Below, piece after piece: positions 26,016-30,066 of a stretch of DNA of 30,066 bases; position 1 is the first letter of the stretch; each line of letters starts with the position of its first letter. The translations under genes were made by a program, and so were the position numbers. The stretch comes from Chloroflexota bacterium (GTDB lineage: Bacteria > Chloroflexota > Anaerolineae > Anaerolineales > Villigracilaceae). The stretch lies in NCBI GenBank assembly GCA_026389975.1, contig JAPLGV010000409.1, forward strand, positions 1 to 30,066. Reading direction: 5' to 3'. Below the pieces are notes generated by a model. That model was not told the origin of the DNA, made no database searches, and saw only the letters and a program-made list of their open reading frames with translations.

Positions 26016-26792
26016 ATGTTTGAAAACATACTAAAAACTAAACTAAAAGCAGGCAAGAAAACAATTGGAGCATGGGCACAACTTGCCAGTCCGTTTACGG
26101 CTGAGATTCTTAGCTCGGCAGGATTTGATTGGTTGATGCTAGATATGGAACATGCGCCAGGTGATATTCTTACGCTGATAAGTCAGGTGCAGGCTATGAA
26201 AGGCTCCAATTCAGTACCCCTGGTGCGCGCTCCCTGGAATGATTTTGTTGCCATCAAACGGATTCTGGATGCTGGCGCCCAGGGTGTATTAATCCCTTAT
26301 GTAAATTCTCGGACAGAGACTGAGCAGGCGGTAAAGGCCTGTAAATATCCCCTGGAGGGCATCCGCGGGGTGGCCGGGAGCCCACGCGCGGCTGGTTATG
26401 GGCGGAACATCGGTAATTACCTTCAGAGAGCCAATGATGAGATCTTCATCATGATAGCGATAGAAACCCCGGAAGCGGCCTCGAACCTGGATGAGATCCT
26501 TCAAGTGCAAGGATTGAACGGCGTTTTCATCGGTCCGATGGATCTGGCTTCCTCGATGGGATTTTCTGGTGATTCCAGCAGACCGGAAGTCCAGTCTGTC
26601 ATTCAGGATATTGAAAAGAAAGTGCTTTCATCTGGAAAAGTGTTGGCAACTACCACGGGTACCTGGGAGCAAGCCCAAACCTTGTTCGAGCGTGGATATC
26701 AAATGCTTATGCTGATGGCTGATGGGGTCTCGCTGGCAGCCTTGGCAACCCAAAAAGTTAACCAATTCCGTGAACAATATCCGAGTGGATAA
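26016..26792 (+). CDS. HpcH/HpaI class II pyruvate aldolase family
   Basis: FDWLMLDMEH, LVRAPWND, RGVAG, IETP and FIGPMDL motifs. ATG 26016 has AAGGAG upstream. Confidence 0.93.
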   Translation: MFENILKTKLKAGKKTIGAWAQLASPFTAEILSSAGFDWLMLDMEHAPGDILTLISQVQAMKGSNSVPLVRAPWNDFVAIKRILDAGAQGVLIPYVNSRTETEQAVKACKYPLEGIRGVAGSPRAAGYGRNIGNYLQRANDEIFIMIAIETPEAASNLDEILQVQGLNGVFIGPMDLASSMGFSGDSSRPEVQSVIQDIEKKVLSSGKVLATTTGTWEQAQTLFERGYQMLMLMADGVSLAALATQKVNQFREQYPSG

Positions 26793-26960
26793 TCTATTGT
26801 GTTCCCAGATGCATTGGAGGTTCTTGAAGTATTCGGATACTATTTATACCCAAATATTCTATTATCTGAGGGATAATTACCCTTGCAGCCCTTTTATAGC
26901 AGACCCAAAACGAGCCGGCTTCTTGGGTCGGTGCCGCTGACGATTGTGGTGGATAACAAG

Positions 26961-26987
26961 AACGCGCCCTTTCAGCGCGTTTATTTT
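26961..26987 (+). terminator. Possible intrinsic terminator of the rightward operon
   Basis: aacgcgc-cctttca-gcgcgtt followed by tatttt. Confidence 0.45.
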
Positions 26988-27150
26988 AGCTCAAAAGGAG
27001 CCCGAAGGCCTGCAGGACGGCCTGAGTAGCCTGAATATGAGCCCAAGAGGTACCCTGAAAGACAAAACCGGCGTATAGCAGCTTGCGGCCGTAATCATCC
27101 AACGAGGTAATCAGGCTCCACTTCTCTTCGGCAAAAGGCGAACATCGATG
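26986..27150 (-). pseudogene. Internal fragment of a DDE (rve/IS481-like) transposase
   Basis: HRCSPFAEEKWSLITSLDDYGRKLLYAGF...TSWAHIQA..AVLQAFGL resembles the first-Asp region pattern W.LI..LDDYSR.LLYA (recalled from memory). Confidence 0.6.
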
Positions 27151-27152
27151 CG

Positions 27153-27328
27153 TGCGAATATCACTCCCCAGTGGGTGTTTCAGTTTTAACAAAAAAACCA
27201 CCTGCCTGGGTGGTTTTTTTCACTGTGCCCCCGTGGAGATGCGAATAGCATCCCCAATGGGGACTCCAGTTTTAACAAAAAAACCACCTGCCTGGGTGGT
27301 TTTTTTTTTACTGTGCCCCCGTGGAGAT
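27153..27328 (-). repeat. Tandem ~87-bp tRNA-Glu-derived units, each with a bidirectional terminator
   Basis: tgcgaata occurs at 27153 and 27240. cagttttaacaaaaaaaccacctgcctgggtggttttttt..ctgtgcccccgtggagat occurs at 27181-27240 and 27267-27328. Confidence 0.9.
27274..27309 (-). terminator. tRNA-Glu terminator (second copy at ~27188-27220)
   Basis: A-tract, ACCACC stem, 6-nt loop, GGTGGT, T-tract. Confidence 0.85.
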
Positions 27329-27386
27329 TCGAACTCCAGTTTTAGCCTTGAAAGGGCCACGTCCTGGTCCACTAGACGATGGGGGC
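27314..27386 (-). tRNA. tRNA-Glu (anticodon TTC), CCA not encoded
   Basis: GCCCCCATCGTCTAGTGGACCAGGACGTGGCCCTTTCAAGGCTAAAACTGGAGTTCGAATCTCCACGGGGGCA folds into a cloverleaf with a TTCGAAT T-loop. Confidence 0.95.
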
Positions 27387-27410
27387 TTGTTCAAAGGGCA
27401 GAGCGGCAGG

Positions 27411-27439
27411 ATTTTACCATCCCCTCCCGTACCGGTCAA
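27411..27439 (-). promoter_or_regulatory. tRNA promoter
   Basis: TTGACC, 17-bp spacer, TAAAAT, with an extended TGn and a GC-rich discriminator (CCTGCCGC). Confidence 0.8.
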
Positions 27440-27460
27440 GCAATTGATCAAACCTGTTTC

Positions 27461-27727
27461 TTATCCGTAATCAGCGCCAGCAAATCCACTTGCCGCGGTT
27501 GAAAAGGATGGCGGACTTTCAATGCGCAGTTGCGGGATCAGAATGGCATTCAGCGTGGCATTGTAGAGCGGGACAAAGTCGCCGATGCCTTCCACCATGG
27601 TGGTGGCAAAGTCAAAGCGCCCGGTCCACTCCAACGTCCCTTCCAGCTCGTAGACTTGTGTGGTGACCCGAAGGGTATATTCGGCTAGTTTCTGATAGCC
27701 GCCGCGCGCCAGCGCTTGCGGGCCCAT
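27461..27727 (-). CDS. Hypothetical protein (start and C-terminal frame uncertain)
   Basis: Protein-like core YELEGTLEWTGRFDF...FVPLYNATLNAILIP with host codon usage, downstream of the zinc-finger gene. Confidence 0.5.
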   Translation of the reverse strand: MGPQALARGGYQKLAEYTLRVTTQVYELEGTLEWTGRFDFATTMVEGIGDFVPLYNATLNAILIPQLRIESPPSFSTAASGFAGADYG

Positions 27728-27741
27728 ATCCTCGCGGCGGG

Positions 27742-28026
27742 TCAGTCTCGGATGGGGCGCGCTCCGTCACGTTTTTCCAGCGGGGGGCGCACTCTCCGCT
27801 TTGAGCCAGACGCTTTGCCCGTCTCCGGGTTGAGGATGGTAACCAGCCAGGAGATGGCACGCGCGTCGTACTCACGCCGTCCACAGACATCACATACCCA
27901 GGCCGGGAAGTTGGGGACGGTAACGAGTTCTTCGTCGAGCCAGGTGAAGTAGGTGATGTGCCGCATGTGCATCACCCCCGCCTGGCATTCAGTGCATTGG
28001 AATAAATCCTGGGGTTCGTCGGTCAT
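27742..28026 (-). CDS. YgiT-type zinc finger protein
   Basis: CTEC...[13 protein letters not shown] motif; ATGA overlap with deoC. Confidence 0.85.
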   Translation of the reverse strand: MTDEPQDLFQCTECQAGVMHMRHITYFTWLDEELVTVPNFPAWVCDVCGRREYDARAISWLVTILNPETGKASGSKRRVRPPLEKRDGARPIRD

Positions 28027-28778
28027 TGGGAACCTCTCAGGGACTCATTCAGGATAGCTACTCCCGCGCTCGACCCGATGCGATTCGCACCCGCGGCGAT
28101 CATCGCCAGCGCGTCCTTGCAGGTGCGGATTCCGCCCGCGGCTTTGACGCCGGTTCCGGGTCCGACCACGCGGCGCATCAGGTCCACATCTTCCACCGTC
28201 GCACCGCTAGGACCGAATCCGGTCGAGGTCTTGACAAAGTCCGCCCCGGCGGTCTGGGCCAGCAGGCAGGCCAGGATCTTCTCACGGCGGGTCAGCAAAG
28301 CAGCCTCAATGATCACCTTGACCCTGGCTCCGCGCTCATGGGCCTCCTGTGCCACGAACAGGATATCGTTCAACACCAGGCCGTAGGCCTCGCCCTTGAG
28401 CGCACCAATATTGATCACCATATCCACTTCGTCCGCACCGTTCTCGATCACGCGGCGCGCTTCGTAGACTTTATCCTCGGGCAGTATCGCACCGAGCGGG
28501 AAGGCGATAACCGCACACAGGCCCACGCCCGCATCTTTGAGCAGACCGCGAGCCAGCGGCACATAGACCGGGTTAACACAGACTGCGGCAAAATAGTACT
28601 GGCGGGCTTCCTCGCATAGTGTTTTGATCTGCCCGGCGGTCGCTTCCGGCTTGAGCAGGGTATGGTCAATCCAGGCAGCAATTTCCGCACCGACCGGCTT
28701 GGTCAACGGCCGAGGCGGGGCGGGGAGCTCCCGTTCGTAAGAATCGGCCAATATAAGAACTTCTCGCAAGGATTGCAT
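28023..28778 (-). CDS. deoC: Deoxyribose-phosphate aldolase
   Basis: [41 protein letters not shown] and RIGSS motifs. Confidence 0.96.
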   Translation of the reverse strand: MQSLREVLILADSYERELPAPPRPLTKPVGAEIAAWIDHTLLKPEATAGQIKTLCEEARQYYFAAVCVNPVYVPLARGLLKDAGVGLCAVIAFPLGAILPEDKVYEARRVIENGADEVDMVINIGALKGEAYGLVLNDILFVAQEAHERGARVKVIIEAALLTRREKILACLLAQTAGADFVKTSTGFGPSGATVEDVDLMRRVVGPGTGVKAAGGIRTCKDALAMIAAGANRIGSSAGVAILNESLRGSQ

Positions 28779-28783
28779 GATAC

Positions 28784-29428
28784 CTACGGGGCGGCCAGAA
28801 CAGATTGGTGCGACTGGATGATCATAAAATCAGCAAAGGGCCAGTAGACCACCAGCGCCTTGCCGAGGATATTTTCTTCCGGCAGGAAGCCCCAGGCATG
28901 TGAATCTGCCGAGTTGTTGCGATTATCTCCCAGCACGAAGAGCTGGCCTTCAGGAACCGTCCATTCGTTAGAATAATCCGGGGGGGCAGCGATATAAGGT
29001 TCTATCAACGGGACATCGTTAATATAAACGGTCCCGTTGGCGATCCTGACCGTGTCGCCGGGCAGGCCAATAATACGTTTGATGTAATCTTCGTATTTGT
29101 CGTCGAAGCCGGGCAGGCCAAACAGGCGCTGCCAGAAAGGGGCATCGGGATACATCGGCGGGCGGAAAACGATAATATCGTCACGCTGGTAATCGCCCAA
29201 CCTGTAAGCCAGACGGCTGATCAGCACGTATTCGCCATTATTCAGGGTGGGAAGCATCGAATAACCTTCCACGCGCACACGGGCAGAAATGACATTGATC
29301 ACCAGGAAAAGGATGACCGCCAGTCCCACCGTCTCCAAGATTTCGCGCAGAAACTGCTTCCATCCCTGCCTGGCAGGTACGGCTTCCGGCGCAGGCTGGG
29401 TTTCATTTTCAGGGGAAAAATCAGTCAA
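28784..29428 (-). CDS. lepB: Signal peptidase I
   Basis: SMLPTL (Ser), [11 protein letters not shown] (Lys) and [11 protein letters not shown] motifs; TTG start with GGAGG. Confidence 0.95.
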   Translation of the reverse strand: MTDFSPENETQPAPEAVPARQGWKQFLREILETVGLAVILFLVINVISARVRVEGYSMLPTLNNGEYVLISRLAYRLGDYQRDDIIVFRPPMYPDAPFWQRLFGLPGFDDKYEDYIKRIIGLPGDTVRIANGTVYINDVPLIEPYIAAPPDYSNEWTVPEGQLFVLGDNRNNSADSHAWGFLPEENILGKALVVYWPFADFMIIQSHQSVLAAP

Positions 29429-29445
29429 TAAAGCCTCCGCAGAGG

Positions 29446-29454
29446 ATTATACCA
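29446..29454 (-). promoter_or_regulatory. Possible extended -10 promoter for lepB-deoC
   Basis: Minus strand TGGTATAAT just upstream of the GGAGG RBS; no recognisable -35. Confidence 0.45.
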
Positions 29455-29462
29455 TCTGCAAG

Positions 29463-30065
29463 TTAAACTTTCCCCCAGGCGAAATACGTTGGCACGTGGA
29501 GCACGCGCTCGCCCTGTTCCCAGGCCTGCTCATCCAATAACTTCATCCTGCTGACTTCCTGCGCTGGGACCCAGCCCGCCAAATCGGTCTCCAGCACCGC
29601 CCATTCCAAATTCCGTTCCGCGGGCGTGGGCAGACGCTCCCCGCCCCCGCGCCCCGTGCCCCGTGCTGGAACCGGGACTACCCCGCTGGAACCGGGACTA
29701 GCCCGCAGGGTTCCTGTTTCGATGGGCCGGAACCCCGCCTGTCGGAACAGGGTCGCCAGCCGGCTGCCCAGCCCCGGGTCCGCGCCGTGCCGCCGCAGGG
29801 ACTCGGCCTGCCAGCGTCCGAGCGGAGCAAGCGCATCGGGCTTATCCACGCGGGAGTCGTAGTCTGGTTCGGCCAGAGCCAGCACGGCGCCGCCGGGGCG
29901 GGTGACACGTTTCATTTCAAGCAGGGCCCGCAATGGGTCGCGTACCCACAGCAGGAGGAAGTGGCAAAAGGTAATATCAAAAACTCTGGAAGGATATGGC
30001 AGTCCCAGCGCATCCCCGCAGACGAGCGCCGCGGCCGGGATATGCCTGCGCGCCTCGGCGAGGCG
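29463..30065 (-). CDS. Class I SAM-dependent methyltransferase (5'-truncated by window edge)
   Basis: Frame is open to the window end: VCGDALGLPYPSRVFDITFCHFLLLWVRDPLRALLEMKRVTRPGG. Confidence 0.9.
   Translation of the reverse strand, partial: RLAEARRHIPAAALVCGDALGLPYPSRVFDITFCHFLLLWVRDPLRALLEMKRVTRPGGAVLALAEPDYDSRVDKPDALAPLGRWQAESLRRHGADPGLGSRLATLFRQAGFRPIETGTLRASPGSSGVVPVPARGTGRGGGERLPTPAERNLEWAVLETDLAGWVPAQEVSRMKLLDEQAWEQGERVLHVPTYFAWGKV
29652..29700 (-). repeat. Two tandem REP-like units inside the methyltransferase CDS
   Basis: Minus strand tagtcccggttccagcgggg-tagtcccggttccagcacggggcacgggg, encoding ASPGSSGVVPVPARGTG. Confidence 0.85.
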
Positions 30066-30066
30066 G

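Larger units (their letters stand above)
4970..27328. mobile_element. tRNA-Glu-anchored genomic island (catabolic cargo, no intact integrase)
   Basis: Direct repeats of the tRNA 3' region at both ends, an abrupt shift to AT-richer sequence, pseudogenes at both borders, and a transposase remnant. Confidence 0.75.

Noticed and set aside
26793-26960. Short open frames after the aldolase
   Set aside because: No RBS and no recognisable homology; likely decayed island-border DNA.
27153-27328. CRISPR interpretation of the ~87-bp periodic repeats, and of the 20-nt units at 1385-1453
   Set aside because: Too few units, the 'spacers' are homologous to each other, the sequence is tRNA- or REP-derived, and there are no cas genes.
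28026-28619. 197-aa plus-strand ORF
   Set aside because: Antisense shadow of deoC.

Overview
The window has two GC-rich core-genome flanks whose gene style suggests Chloroflexota/Anaerolineae (an impression, not tested). The left flank holds partial recN, rpsA, an M19 dipeptidase and a membrane protein. The right flank holds tRNA-Glu, a YgiT-type zinc finger, deoC, lepB and a partial SAM methyltransferase. Between them lies a visibly AT-richer island of about 22 kb (~4970-27330). It is bounded by direct repeats derived from the tRNA-Glu 3' end plus terminator, and has no intact integrase. The island is a divergent regulon marked by four copies of TGTATACGTATACA. The left arm encodes a sugar ABC transporter, five intact SnoaL/NTF2-like 'ester cyclase' paralogs plus a fragment, a B12-binding corrinoid protein and a truncated pterin-binding methyltransferase. 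The right arm encodes LacI, an aldehyde:ferredoxin oxidoreductase, cupin, lactonase, Ldh_2 oxidoreductase, an IolN-like creatininase-family hydrolase, SDR, thioesterase, fucose-isomerase-like protein, URO-D/MtaA-like protein and HpcH aldolase. My inference is an uncharacterised anaerobic pathway for an O-methylated sugar or cyclitol. Other highlights are a GTAG-type REP-like hairpin inserted in-frame in two unrelated core genes, and tandem tRNA-derived units with an 18-nt hairpin inserted at the T-loop. All family calls come from motif recognition by eye; no database search was run.
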